From IMG/VR virus record IMGVR_UViG_3300025133_000115, positions 1 to 59,184 of that record: 59,184 nucleotides of DNA. One strand, given 5' to 3'. Positions 9,426 through 19,410 of this stretch are shown piece after piece; the first letter of the stretch is position 1, and each line of letters begins with the position of its first letter. The notes under the pieces were generated by a model. It made no database searches. It was not told the origin of the DNA and saw nothing but the letters and a program-made list of their open reading frames with translations. The position numbers and the translations under genes are program-made. Origin of the DNA: a virus. Lineage: Duplodnaviria; Caudoviricetes.

Positions 9426-10049
9426 ATGCCTATTTACACTTTTGATTGTGAGAAATGTGAGCACGAGACTGAGATCTTTACTAGCATTGCGTCACGCCCG
9501 GTAGAAATTGAGTGTGAGGAATGCGGCTCAAACGCTAAACACAGAAAGCTGAATTGGCGGCCACCACCAAAACGTAAGAACGGGCACACGGTTTATGGTT
9601 CTGGAACACCCGCTGAAGAGTTTTTGAAGAAAGAACGTCTTGTTCAATACAAATGCGCCACATGTAGCCATAGTAATTGGGAGTGGTTTACTGGAACAGC
9701 GCCTAAAGAAATCGAATGTGAGTTTGATTCTTGTGGTGGAAAGGCTTCTCGTGTTTGGAAAGTAAAACTTGATATGCATTGGGCCAGGTTCCCTTATTAT
9801 GATCGTGGCCTTGGGGTTACTCTCACGTCCGAAAACCATCGACGCGAGATCTGTAGGCAGCGCGGACTGACTCCAGTTGACGGAGACTGGGACATGGACT
9901 ACCACTTTGCCAAGGCCGATAAGAAGATTAATGAAGAAACAGAGGTCTATGACGATTATGTAGACCGACTTGAAAACGACCCAGCATACAAAGATTGGCG
10001 AAAAGCGCGTGACGATGGCCAAGTTCCTGATATGCTTCCAACAGATTGA
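9426..10049 (+). CDS. FmdB-like protein with tandem zinc ribbons
   Basis: MPIYTFDCEKC...CEECG and YKCATC...CEFDSCG; D.GLG....S...R...C motif. Confidence 0.8.
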   Translation: MPIYTFDCEKCEHETEIFTSIASRPVEIECEECGSNAKHRKLNWRPPPKRKNGHTVYGSGTPAEEFLKKERLVQYKCATCSHSNWEWFTGTAPKEIECEFDSCGGKASRVWKVKLDMHWARFPYYDRGLGVTLTSENHRREICRQRGLTPVDGDWDMDYHFAKADKKINEETEVYDDYVDRLENDPAYKDWRKARDDGQVPDMLPTD

Positions 10050-10067
10050 TTTAAAAGGAGATCTCAA

Positions 10068-10709
10068 ATGCCAGTCGATCCCGTAACAGGCGAACAGCTT
10101 CCATACCCAGGCGATCCTGGTTACGACCCCAACATGCCCATGCCGCCCGGTGCAGGCCAGATGCCGCCCCCTGGTGGAGAAGTAACACCAGAGATGGTTT
10201 CAGAGGCTGGTCAAGAAGTGGGTCAAGCACAAATGGACCAAGTAGGTGCGTTTGCGCCACCCCCCACCAAACCTTACTCCATCAAAATTGTTAAGTCTTT
10301 CGCTAGTGAACTAGACAAGACTATCGATTTTCTTGCTGGAGAAGACCTTCCCCTGCCCGAATGGCAACCAAACCCAGAAATGGTTGGAAAGGGAGACAAG
10401 TGGGACGCGCCACTTCCTCCTGAGGTCTTTGCCCCAGCGGCTGCTTTGTCTGAAGCTGTCCGCATGATTGACGCAGAGGGCAAGTTTGCTAGTCAAAACT
10501 TTGATGCAACAGAACTTGTTGATGATTCTTCCGTTCGGTCTGCCACTGCAAAATTAAAACTGATGGCAAAGAATCAAGAGCTTGCCAACCTTCTTCAGGA
10601 ACCTGCTGGCATGGCAGAAGGAGAAGGGGGCGCTCCAATGCCTCCTGGTGGGGAAGAAGAGCTTCCAATGGATGATGAAGAGGCAGATCTCTTGATGGAC
10701 AACATGTAG
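10068..10709 (+). CDS. Acidic Pro-rich head-module protein
   Basis: AAGGAG RBS; lies between portal and scaffold; ends MDDEEADLLMDNM. Confidence 0.75.
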   Translation: MPVDPVTGEQLPYPGDPGYDPNMPMPPGAGQMPPPGGEVTPEMVSEAGQEVGQAQMDQVGAFAPPPTKPYSIKIVKSFASELDKTIDFLAGEDLPLPEWQPNPEMVGKGDKWDAPLPPEVFAPAAALSEAVRMIDAEGKFASQNFDATELVDDSSVRSATAKLKLMAKNQELANLLQEPAGMAEGEGGAPMPPGGEEELPMDDEEADLLMDNM

Positions 10710-10738
10710 CTTTATCTTAGTTGATATATTACTGAACC

Positions 10739-10767
10739 TTGCAAAGCCAATAAGCGCATTGCATAAT
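10739..10767 (+). promoter_or_regulatory. Sigma70-like promoter for the scaffold/capsid operon
   Basis: TTGCAA-N17-CATAAT in an intergenic gap, followed by an ACAGGC/GCCTGT hairpin and an AGGAG RBS. Confidence 0.55.
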
Positions 10768-10807
10768 CAAACCCGACAGGCACCCTTTAGCCTGTTTAGG
10801 AGAAAAA

Positions 10808-11848
10808 ATGGCTGACACCGAACTGAGCAACCCGGTATCTAGCGCAGACGCTGGAGCACCTAACGACTCAGGATTCGCTACTTCTTCACCTTCTGAGGAT
10901 ACGACCACTCAAGCTTCCCCGGCTGAAGCGACAGGTCTTTCCGCAGCAAGTGAAGGCGGTATCGGTTCTGATCGAGGTGCGACAGCAGATGTAGCTGGTG
11001 CTTCTGGGACTCGGGGCGAGGTTGACGCAACAGATGGAGCCCAGGCGGCAAGTGAGAAGCCGCCCAAGGAGTTTGATCTGCTGACATCCGACCTACCCCG
11101 AGACGAAATTCTCGATCTGGACGGATTCTATAAAGGAATTAAGCCGGAGCACTTAGACAAACTCGACCCACTGTCGAAGCGCGTCATTCACAATCTCCGT
11201 CGTGATTACCACAACAAGCGTCAAAAAGATTCGCTTGCAGCACGAGAGCTTGAGGCAAAGTACCAAGAGCGAGGTAAACAACTGAAGGCGCAAGAACGAG
11301 AGTTCGTAAATCGCCAGAAGGCGTTCTCTGAGCTTTTGGATAACCCTCAACTCAAGTCTATTCTCAGCCAGCCCAAGGATAACCTTCCAGATATTAATAC
11401 ACCGGAAGGGCTTGAGGCTCGTATTGAGAGGGCCGCTGCTGAGAAGCTGCAATCACTGATCAACCCGGTGCATGAGATCACCCAGAGGGAGTCTAAAAAG
11501 GCTGCCTTGACTGATTTCGTCGCAAGCCATCCTGAAATGAAGGATAAGGCTTTCCAGAAGGAGATGGCTGATGTCATCCGCGACCGCCAAAAGATGGGTT
11601 ACTCGATCAGTACGCCAGACGCATATGAATTGGTAAGATCACGTCGCGGAGCTATTGCTGAAGATCGCACTCGTAAGCGGGATCGTCAAGCCAGAGCCGC
11701 ATCGGCCCGTCAAATCGGTCGTGGCAAGGGCAACGCGAAGGGTACGTCGGGTCCTCCGAAAGGAGCCAAGGCGCACGAGCTTTATGCTTGGGTCAAGGCA
11801 AACCCCGAAGAAGCCAAGCGATTACGCTCGGCGGGACTCAAACGTTAA
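10808..11848 (+). CDS. Capsid scaffolding protein
   Basis: Directly upstream of the MCP; disordered acidic N-terminus, coiled coil, DY..K.Q motif. Confidence 0.8.
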   Translation: MADTELSNPVSSADAGAPNDSGFATSSPSEDTTTQASPAEATGLSAASEGGIGSDRGATADVAGASGTRGEVDATDGAQAASEKPPKEFDLLTSDLPRDEILDLDGFYKGIKPEHLDKLDPLSKRVIHNLRRDYHNKRQKDSLAARELEAKYQERGKQLKAQEREFVNRQKAFSELLDNPQLKSILSQPKDNLPDINTPEGLEARIERAAAEKLQSLINPVHEITQRESKKAALTDFVASHPEMKDKAFQKEMADVIRDRQKMGYSISTPDAYELVRSRRGAIAEDRTRKRDRQARAASARQIGRGKGNAKGTSGPPKGAKAHELYAWVKANPEEAKRLRSAGLKR

Positions 11849-11867
11849 GCCCCTGAGGAAATAAACC

Positions 11868-12926
11868 ATGTCAATGGTACAAACTGATAGTCTAAACATT
11901 AGTGACGAGCTACTCTCGTCAACCCTATATCTACTTGCTGATGAGTTTCGCGACAACTTGGCACGGACGACCGCACTGATTGATGTGCATGAGGAAGTTC
12001 ACGGTAAAGGCAACCCCCGCGTTGAGGGAGGAACCCGTTACCTGGAGCCTCTCGGATTCGCAGAGCACAGTAGCGCGACCCGCATGCAGAGTGGATACGA
12101 GAAACTGAACCTTTCCGTTCAGGACGTTCTCATCCCAGCATCGTATGTTCCCGCTCATGTCACCATGCCAATCGCGATCTCAAAAGATGAAGAGATCAAG
12201 AACCGTGGTGAAGCCGCAGTGATTAGCATCCTTGATGCTCGCACCAAGGCTGTCATGGGAGCTATGCGCCGTAACCTTCTGCGCCGAATCGTTGAAGGTG
12301 TGGATGCCGGTGGCTTTGCTGACTGGAACACCCTGAATGGTGCTACCGCTGCTGGCTTTACTGGTTTCCTTGAGGAGAACGCAGTTGGGGCTCAAGGCAA
12401 TACCGTTGGTGGTATTAGCAAGGCTACCTACTCTGGCGTTCCCGGTTGGAACAACCAGCGTGCAAATATCAGCAACAGCTTTAACGCAAACGGACTTGCA
12501 GCATTGCAAGACCTCCGCGTCGAAACCGCCGCTGTTTCGCCTGGTGGCGACCCCCACATCTGGTTGGCTTCCCGTGAGGGAACCAAGAACCTCAAGCGTT
12601 CGCTCCGTGCATACGAGCGCTACGTTGACGAGGAGAAGCTGGACGGTGGTCGAATGGCACAGATGTGGGACGGTATCCGTATGGAAACCGAATACTACAT
12701 GCCTACCAACACTGCTACTCACTCTACAGCTACCATCAGCTTCTACTTGCTGAATCTTGATGATATTCACTTCATCTTTGATTCCGAAGGTTACTTTGAT
12801 GTCAGCCCGTTCGAGAAGATCTCGGGTGAGTACGATGTGCGTAGTGCAACTGTCCGTCTCTACGGTCAGCTTGTCGCCAAGCATCTCGGTTCTTCCGGTA
12901 TTGCTTATGACGGTGAAACGTTCTAA
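11868..12926 (+). CDS. Major capsid protein (HK97 fold)
   Basis: 352 aa; STL...D N-terminus, GG...P, IS..E...N.G, GGI....W.N motifs of podovirus-type MCPs; followed by a strong terminator. Confidence 0.88.
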   Translation: MSMVQTDSLNISDELLSSTLYLLADEFRDNLARTTALIDVHEEVHGKGNPRVEGGTRYLEPLGFAEHSSATRMQSGYEKLNLSVQDVLIPASYVPAHVTMPIAISKDEEIKNRGEAAVISILDARTKAVMGAMRRNLLRRIVEGVDAGGFADWNTLNGATAAGFTGFLEENAVGAQGNTVGGISKATYSGVPGWNNQRANISNSFNANGLAALQDLRVETAAVSPGGDPHIWLASREGTKNLKRSLRAYERYVDEEKLDGGRMAQMWDGIRMETEYYMPTNTATHSTATISFYLLNLDDIHFIFDSEGYFDVSPFEKISGEYDVRSATVRLYGQLVAKHLGSSGIAYDGETF

Positions 12927-12936
12927 AGTTGATTCT

Positions 12937-12965
12937 GAAGGGGGACATTCGTCCCCCTTCTTTTT
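12937..12965 (+). terminator. Intrinsic terminator
   Basis: Perfect 10-bp stem GAAGGGGGAC/GTCCCCCTTC, 4-nt loop, T5 tail. Confidence 0.9.
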
Positions 12966-12995
12966 AAAAACCTAAACTCGTGAGAGGATTAAGAA

Positions 12996-13448
12996 ATGAG
13001 TGTTTATAAACGCGGAGTTGGCGACCAAGGTCTAAGCCATTTTCCTAAGAAGTTCGTTACCCTTTATGCATCTGCTGCTACTGTGGCAGGACAATTTGTG
13101 GCGCTTACAGCGGACACCACCAATGGTCTTGGTGCATCGTGTTCCAACGCTGTGGTCGGCCTTGGTTCTACCCAACACAATGCGCTCACCTTTGGCATTG
13201 CGACTCAAACCGTTGCTGCTGGCGAAGACGTAGTTGTTCAGGTTGCTGGCAAGTATGAAAATGCCTATGTAGAGGCTGCTGTTGTTGCTGGCTCTGCCCT
13301 CTGTGGTCCGCTTAGTGGCGGAACAGCAGGAATGGCAGGCCTGTTGGCTGAAACGACTTTCGGTCCAACGGTTGCTATTGCTCTTGAGGATGACTCCGCC
13401 GTGACCAACTACGCAGACGTGATGATCATCAACCAGGGTTTATTCTAA
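12996..13448 (+). CDS. Capsid decoration/cement protein
   Basis: Ala/Gly/Val-rich 150-aa protein after the MCP; GIA...AAG...V.V.G pattern. Confidence 0.75.
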   Translation: MSVYKRGVGDQGLSHFPKKFVTLYASAATVAGQFVALTADTTNGLGASCSNAVVGLGSTQHNALTFGIATQTVAAGEDVVVQVAGKYENAYVEAAVVAGSALCGPLSGGTAGMAGLLAETTFGPTVAIALEDDSAVTNYADVMIINQGLF

Positions 13449-13470
13449 ACCGATAGTTGTTGATTACTTG

Positions 13471-13509
13471 AAAGCCCCTCGTGAGCTATACTTGCGAGGG
13501 GCTTTTTTA
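13471..13509 (+). terminator. Intrinsic terminator
   Basis: AAAGCCCCTCG...CGAGGGGCTTT stem running into a T-tract. Confidence 0.85.
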
Positions 13510-13520
13510 TTGGAGGCTGT

Positions 13521-14810
13521 ATGATTCTAAAGGATTTGATTGCTGAAGTGAACGGGTTGATCGATCACAACCCGAATATCAATACACACACCAACAGCAT
13601 TGTTCGTATTATCAATCGTCATTACGAAGAAATTGCCTCCGAATCACCCTGGCGCTTTCTAAGTAAGCGAACCCAACAGACTTTATACGCAGACATCGCA
13701 GGATCTGTGGACGTTACAGTAACCAACGGAAGTAAGATTGTTACGAGTAGCGCCTATACATTTGGAACCCACATGGAGGGGATGACCTTCAAGGGTCCAG
13801 ATGATGTAGAGCATCGAATTGCAAATGTCGATACCAGTGCATCGCCAAACGCGCTGATTTTGATGAGCCAATACGATGGCACCACGGCAACATCATCAAG
13901 CTGGTCGATTATTTTTGATATTGTTCGATTTCCCACGGACATGGTTGATTTTCTTGGGATCACAATCCGTGATGAGTTTACTTCTGGCACGAAAGATACC
14001 CGCCTGACCTACGTTGACCCAAGGCGGGAAGAGCAGTTTATCCTCGATAGGACAGTATCTGGTGATCCGATCATCGTTCTTGAGGACCAGGCAGACATGC
14101 TTTCGCTGAAAGAGCTTGAGCTTACAGTGAACCTTTCATCTAGCGGTACTCTTCGTAGCGGTTCAACATATGAATACTGTATTACCCTCGAATCTGAGGG
14201 CATGGAGTCGCCGCCGTCCGCTGTGGTTTCTGTTACCGCTACGACTGGCGGGCAAAGCGCTCGGTTATTCTGGGAAAACCCGCCAGGAACTTTCGATATT
14301 AGTACACGCAAGATCATCTATCGGAGAGATGCAACCAGAAATACTGGTTTCTTTAAGATTGGAGAGATCCCACCGAACAGCGGCGCTCTTACCATGGGAT
14401 GGCCTACGTCTGATCAGACCTTTGAGGACACAGGCGTTCAGGCTCAAGACGATGTTCCTCTGTTCGAGCAACTCCCCCGTGAGTGGCTAAGTGTTTATCG
14501 TCGTCCAGACTCCGACATTACCTGTGAGATCCGTTACCATGCAAGACCACACAGGCTTATCGGAGATACGGCTGCTCCGCAGTTTCCACCCCAGTATCAC
14601 ATGATCCTTGTCTACAAAACGGTGGCTGAACTTTATCGTCAGTATGGTCAGGCTCAGGTTGGGGAACTGTATGAGAAAATGGCAGTTGAACGGATTCTTC
14701 AGATGAAGAAGAAGTACCTTGATAGGGCGGATCGCATTTATCGAAGGCAGCCATTTAATGATATGTCGCGAGGTTTTGGATACCTATATGGCGCTCCCTC
14801 TAAAACGTGA
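13521..14810 (+). CDS. Head-tail adaptor (tail tubular protein A-like) with inserted beta domains
   Basis: IN...EI....W.FL N-terminus and P.FP..YH.ILVY C-terminus. Confidence 0.7.
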   Translation: MILKDLIAEVNGLIDHNPNINTHTNSIVRIINRHYEEIASESPWRFLSKRTQQTLYADIAGSVDVTVTNGSKIVTSSAYTFGTHMEGMTFKGPDDVEHRIANVDTSASPNALILMSQYDGTTATSSSWSIIFDIVRFPTDMVDFLGITIRDEFTSGTKDTRLTYVDPRREEQFILDRTVSGDPIIVLEDQADMLSLKELELTVNLSSSGTLRSGSTYEYCITLESEGMESPPSAVVSVTATTGGQSARLFWENPPGTFDISTRKIIYRRDATRNTGFFKIGEIPPNSGALTMGWPTSDQTFEDTGVQAQDDVPLFEQLPREWLSVYRRPDSDITCEIRYHARPHRLIGDTAAPQFPPQYHMILVYKTVAELYRQYGQAQVGELYEKMAVERILQMKKKYLDRADRIYRRQPFNDMSRGFGYLYGAPSKT

Positions 14811-14818
14811 GATGATTT

Positions 14819-15184
14819 ATGGCAGCGAAAGACCCTATGAAGGAGTTCGACGTATCCCCTATGACTAACAAGGACCCGTTTTCTCGAATGTCAAGAGAGG
14901 CCAGGGATAAAGGTATCCCCACTGTTCATGGCGTTGGGCCTGCACCTATTAAAAAGCAGGGTGCTGATACTGGCTCTATTCGTCGTCAGGCTCAAGCAGA
15001 AGCACTGCCGCCTTACGAACAAGAGATTGAAAACCTAAAGGCTATTGGTTCAGATTGGCCACGAATAGATCGTGAATATGGCCGTGTTTTCAACTACTTA
15101 GAGTCATTAGAGGAAGAGCCAGAACTTCAGAGGATGGAACAGAAGAGACAGGAAGACATGGTAACTTACGGCCAGATCGGGTGA
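14819..15184 (+). CDS. Hypothetical protein, putative internal virion protein
   Basis: Tightly packed in the late operon. Confidence 0.65.
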   Translation: MAAKDPMKEFDVSPMTNKDPFSRMSREARDKGIPTVHGVGPAPIKKQGADTGSIRRQAQAEALPPYEQEIENLKAIGSDWPRIDREYGRVFNYLESLEEEPELQRMEQKRQEDMVTYGQIG

Positions 15185-15187
15185 TTT

Positions 15188-15868
15188 GTGGGTTCGAGAA
15201 GCATATACGACATCATCCTTGGAAACGAAGACAACCAACCGGCTGTTTCTGAGGAAGTAATAAATCCATCCAACCCTGGAGAGGCTGAGCCTGAACCTCA
15301 GCCTTCGCCTGTATGGTCTGTTGTTGATTCGATGGAATCAGAAGAAACAGGAAGATATGCCTCGAACGTTTTTGATGGCGCGAAGGTAGCCTGGGGTGAG
15401 CACCGACAAAGCTTTGAAGAGTTTGGCGATGAATACAATGTTGATCCGTATATTCTAGCTGCTCTTGCTGGAAAGGAATCTGGCGGTAGAGCCGATGCGG
15501 TAGGGCCAACCAATGATCTTGGACTGATGCAGTTCACCCCTGCAACTTGGAATGAGGTCATGCCAGGGTACTCCTTGGATGAGCGCTTGAATCCAGAGTT
15601 GTCCATTCAAGCTGCGGCAAAGTATTTAGACAAACTCAGAACGTGGGCGGACGGTGATATCGACACTGCCGTTCAGTCTTACAATGCGGGCATTGGTAGA
15701 GTTAAAAAAGCCATACGAAACAAAGATCCGTTATCGGGTCATACAAGGTATTATTTACCATCTGTGATTTCTGGTCGTGATCAGCTTCAATCTTGGGCAG
15801 TAGAAAATACTACCAGCAAAGGATTTTGGGGTAGGGTTCTCCAAGAACTGGAGGAAGAAATTAAGTGA
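15188..15868 (+). CDS. Lytic transglycosylase (SLT domain)
   Basis: ES (catalytic Glu), GLMQFTPATW, AAAKYL and SYNAG motifs. Confidence 0.93.
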   Translation: MGSRSIYDIILGNEDNQPAVSEEVINPSNPGEAEPEPQPSPVWSVVDSMESEETGRYASNVFDGAKVAWGEHRQSFEEFGDEYNVDPYILAALAGKESGGRADAVGPTNDLGLMQFTPATWNEVMPGYSLDERLNPELSIQAAAKYLDKLRTWADGDIDTAVQSYNAGIGRVKKAIRNKDPLSGHTRYYLPSVISGRDQLQSWAVENTTSKGFWGRVLQELEEEIK

Positions 15869-18069
15869 AAGCAAAACTATTTGCAATACGTCCTCTAAGG
15901 ACGATGGACCAGCGCTGGCTCCCTGGCTCCGACGTTACTGCGCGTCGGATCAGCGATATGTATTACACCGTCAAGGATAGCTGGAAGGCCGCTGGTGGGT
16001 TTCAGCCCATAGTCCCAGACGGAGAGGTAACAACAACAAAAACAATCACAACTGGTATTGGAGATGACGCCACCACCACCACTACCACGGCAGTTAGGAC
16101 TGGCGCACACTTTCAGAACTTTGGTGAAATAGAAAGCATTCATTGGTTCTCACAGCAAGGCGGCTTGAGGCAGTTCTTAGTCTTTGAGTCGAATCACAAT
16201 AGCGAGGGACTTAAGTTTCATTTCTTCGATGGTAGTGATTCTGGGAATAAGTGGAGCACGTTTGTAGACGGCAAGAGTACTACGATGGAGTCTAGAATTG
16301 AAATTACAACTCCACATATTCGAACACAGTCCGTTGCCTGGAATGGACTCTTGTACCTTGTAAATGGCCGAGATATTCCAATGGTGTTCAATGGCCGTTA
16401 TGTCGAACGCGCAGGATTCGATGGCCCACCGGGCAATCCATCCGGTAGCGCAACGCGTGAGGCGTGTACGCTAACTCGTGGCCTTGGATTAGGAAGAACG
16501 GGCACAGAGACTGAGTTTGATGAAGATGATCCAAGACTTTTGTTTGGTTACAGATACCGAGTAAGCTTTGTAAACGAGCGAGGACAAGAATCTCCGCTCA
16601 GTCCAGCCTGTAATACGATCATTGGAAGGCAAAGCGCTAATGAAGACGAGACAGGCAACATTGTAAAAAACGATAAGCCAACCGATGGTGATCAGTACAG
16701 ATGGAGGAAGTTTGTTAGTCTTTCAATTCCAACTGGTGGCGACACGGTTGTGGCAAGGCGAATCTATAGAACCGTTAATATTCTAAATACGAACGGTGAC
16801 CCAGCGTCTCTTGCTGTAAGTGAAAGATTCTATTTTCTTGAAGAGATTCAAGACAATCGCACTACGACATACGTTGATGGGATTCCAGACGGGCTGTTGG
16901 GTCCACAGGTAGATCCATTGGATTTTGGTGCGTTTCCGCAAGGCGCTCACCTTATTGCTTCTCATCAAAATAGAATCTTTATCGCTAGCAGTGATGGAGA
17001 TGTCCGATATTCAGCGCCGCTTCAGCCTGAGGTCTTTCCGGTGGACAACTTGTTTACCTTTGGTGATGATGATGGCGGTGCGGTAATGGGCTTGTACCCC
17101 TCGCGAGGAGCGTTGTGGGTACTCAAGCGTAGGGGGATTCACTACATCTCACAGCGGTCTGACGGTTCGTTTAGTTCCGCTGTTTACACAAGAGATGTGG
17201 GGTGTTGCGCCCCGGATAGTATTGTTGAAATCCCGAACCTTGGCGTTATCTTTCTTAGCGATGGAGGGGTTTACCTGTTGAAAGGTGCCTTATCAGGGAG
17301 CGGCGAGACTTCTGGTCTAACCAAATTGTCCGATGCAATTCCTGATGAGTTCAAGAGAATCAACCGTTCAGCAGCGGTTCAAGCCGTTGGTACATGGTAT
17401 CCACAAGATTCAGAGTATTGGCTTTCTGTTCCCATTGATGGATCTGACAAGAACAACCACGTCTTTGTGTTCCATAGGGAAGTCGGAGGGTGGTCGTTCA
17501 GAGAAAACTACCCGATGGGTTGTGCGGTTGTTTCTTCAGATCATCGTCGATATTTTTTCTTTGGATCAAACGACACCACGTCTAATCCCGGTGTTCACGT
17601 TTACTCACATGGTTGGAGCACTAAGGGTTCCTATAGTATTTCCCCAATGTGGGAATCAATCGATATTAACTTTGGTGGAGTGTTTAATGCAGTAAATCCA
17701 AAGTATGTATTGGTTCATACGATTGGTTATGGGGACAATGACATTGAGTTAAAGTACAGGGTGAACCGACACATTTCGGACGTAGAGGTCGCCGCGAAAG
17801 GCCAAGACCAGCAGAACGTTGAGCACCGTTTGGGTGTGTATGGAACCCAAAGGTGGGGCAGCACCTCGGCAATCTGGAATGAATATGTCCCTGTGCCAGT
17901 AAGGTTTGACGTGTCCACATCATCTCAACCTGCTTGTCGTGAACTGCGGATTACCCTGGAGGCTGCTGGGCGACAGATTGAAGTTTTAGGGTTTGACCTT
18001 GGCTTGACTGCTGGCGCAATGGTTGAGCGTTTGCCCATTAACGAAGTACTTCTTCAGACGAGGCGCTAA
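15865..18069 (+). CDS. Tail nozzle/tubular protein B-like (beta-propeller)
   Basis: H.NR.F.A, YS....PE.F and VGC.AP.SI motifs; expected size and position. Confidence 0.75.
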   Translation: MKAKLFAIRPLRTMDQRWLPGSDVTARRISDMYYTVKDSWKAAGGFQPIVPDGEVTTTKTITTGIGDDATTTTTTAVRTGAHFQNFGEIESIHWFSQQGGLRQFLVFESNHNSEGLKFHFFDGSDSGNKWSTFVDGKSTTMESRIEITTPHIRTQSVAWNGLLYLVNGRDIPMVFNGRYVERAGFDGPPGNPSGSATREACTLTRGLGLGRTGTETEFDEDDPRLLFGYRYRVSFVNERGQESPLSPACNTIIGRQSANEDETGNIVKNDKPTDGDQYRWRKFVSLSIPTGGDTVVARRIYRTVNILNTNGDPASLAVSERFYFLEEIQDNRTTTYVDGIPDGLLGPQVDPLDFGAFPQGAHLIASHQNRIFIASSDGDVRYSAPLQPEVFPVDNLFTFGDDDGGAVMGLYPSRGALWVLKRRGIHYISQRSDGSFSSAVYTRDVGCCAPDSIVEIPNLGVIFLSDGGVYLLKGALSGSGETSGLTKLSDAIPDEFKRINRSAAVQAVGTWYPQDSEYWLSVPIDGSDKNNHVFVFHREVGGWSFRENYPMGCAVVSSDHRRYFFFGSNDTTSNPGVHVYSHGWSTKGSYSISPMWESIDINFGGVFNAVNPKYVLVHTIGYGDNDIELKYRVNRHISDVEVAAKGQDQQNVEHRLGVYGTQRWGSTSAIWNEYVPVPVRFDVSTSSQPACRELRITLEAAGRQIEVLGFDLGLTAGAMVERLPINEVLLQTRR

Positions 18070-18755
18070 TGGCTTGGAAATACCCAGTAAAAGACTTTCA
18101 GGATGGAGACATAGTTTCTGCTGATGATTGGAATTTGAACATTGCTCACTATGTTGAAGAGATCAACGGTGGCATGGATCGAGACAATCTGCCAGATTCG
18201 TGCGTTGTTGTTGGTTCAGAGGTTGGCGCGTCTATATTCAATACGTTTTCAACAACCCAGATAAATAGCCCGGTGGCAGTCAGCGCTATCGATTCCCAAT
18301 CGTGGGTAGACACACCGCTTACTAAGACAGATGTGGCTGCTAATGCTGACACTTTGCTGCTTGTAGAGGCTTCGATAAGTTGGGAAATCTACCCAAAGAT
18401 CGGAACTAATATTTCTTACGATGATGCTATCTCTGTAGACGCCACACAGAATGATTTTTCGGACCATATGAGAATGGAGTTTCAATTGGTGGTTGATGGG
18501 TTTCAAGTAGCATACGCTGGCCCACACACTAGGTATCTTACAAAGAACAATACGTTTCTTTGTGGAGTGTTGCCGGTTTCGGTTGGATCACATGAAGTGC
18601 GGCTTCTTGTGCGGTTCTATGAATCGTCTACATATGATCAGCATACAAGTGGCAGCAGCGATTTAGCCAAGTGGACTGACCAGTCGGATTTCTATGACTA
18701 TCCTTTCTTTCGGTGGATGGCTGGTGAGTTGATTATTACAAAGAGGACAAGATGA
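18069..18755 (+). CDS. Tail/fibre-associated structural protein
   Basis: F..G.....D.N N-terminal anchor followed by a beta-sandwich. Confidence 0.6.
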   Translation: MAWKYPVKDFQDGDIVSADDWNLNIAHYVEEINGGMDRDNLPDSCVVVGSEVGASIFNTFSTTQINSPVAVSAIDSQSWVDTPLTKTDVAANADTLLLVEASISWEIYPKIGTNISYDDAISVDATQNDFSDHMRMEFQLVVDGFQVAYAGPHTRYLTKNNTFLCGVLPVSVGSHEVRLLVRFYESSTYDQHTSGSSDLAKWTDQSDFYDYPFFRWMAGELIITKRTR

Positions 18756-19408
18756 GTCGAGTAACCCTGACTACAGTATCTCCGGGTGACGCAACCACCA
18801 TTACTGCGCCAAACGACCTTCAAGATGGTATCCAGTCTGCGCTTCTACAAGTGAACCAGGAGAACATTCGAGAGGGGGGCATTGATAAGCGGAACATTAG
18901 TTTCCCTGTATGTACGCAATCTGGTTCAGTGTATCACAATCAGCGAACTGCTGTTTCGTCAACGGCTGGAACATGGACGACGTTTCCGGCTACTGGCTTT
19001 TCGCTCTCAGTTAGCATGACTGATTGTCACGCTGCGATTGTGAGAGTCTCAGGCGAGGTTCGCCTTAACGGGACAGCACTAAAAACAACAACCACGGCAG
19101 GGTCTGAGCAGCCGCCGTGGATGGGCGTTCGTCTCTTAGAACGTGTAGACGGCGTCCCGGCTTCACTTCCACACACACAACGGCACTTCCAGCTTGGAAG
19201 AGATCCCGATGAGAGTGCGGCTCAGCTTCTGTTTCCATGTACGTTTGAATTTCATATTACCCATTTGATTGATAATCGAGCAATGACCGACACATCGAAT
19301 CGTACATTCAGTTTAGAATACAGAATGAAAGACCCGCCCAGTAAGAGCACAAGCGGTGGCGGAACGATTGGTTTTTTGAACGGGCACATTCAAAAGTACA
19401 AGGGGTAG
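18752..19408 (+). CDS. Tail/fibre-associated structural protein
   Basis: ENIR.GGID..N segment resembles the preceding gene; coupled. Confidence 0.6.
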   Translation: MSRVTLTTVSPGDATTITAPNDLQDGIQSALLQVNQENIREGGIDKRNISFPVCTQSGSVYHNQRTAVSSTAGTWTTFPATGFSLSVSMTDCHAAIVRVSGEVRLNGTALKTTTTAGSEQPPWMGVRLLERVDGVPASLPHTQRHFQLGRDPDESAAQLLFPCTFEFHITHLIDNRAMTDTSNRTFSLEYRMKDPPSKSTSGGGTIGFLNGHIQKYKG

Positions 19409-19410
19409 AG

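Noticed and set aside
12180-12884. 234-aa antisense ORF in the capsid gene, and many similar ORFs opposite the giant gene
   Set aside because: Expected shadow of strong codon bias; no RBS or recognisable motifs
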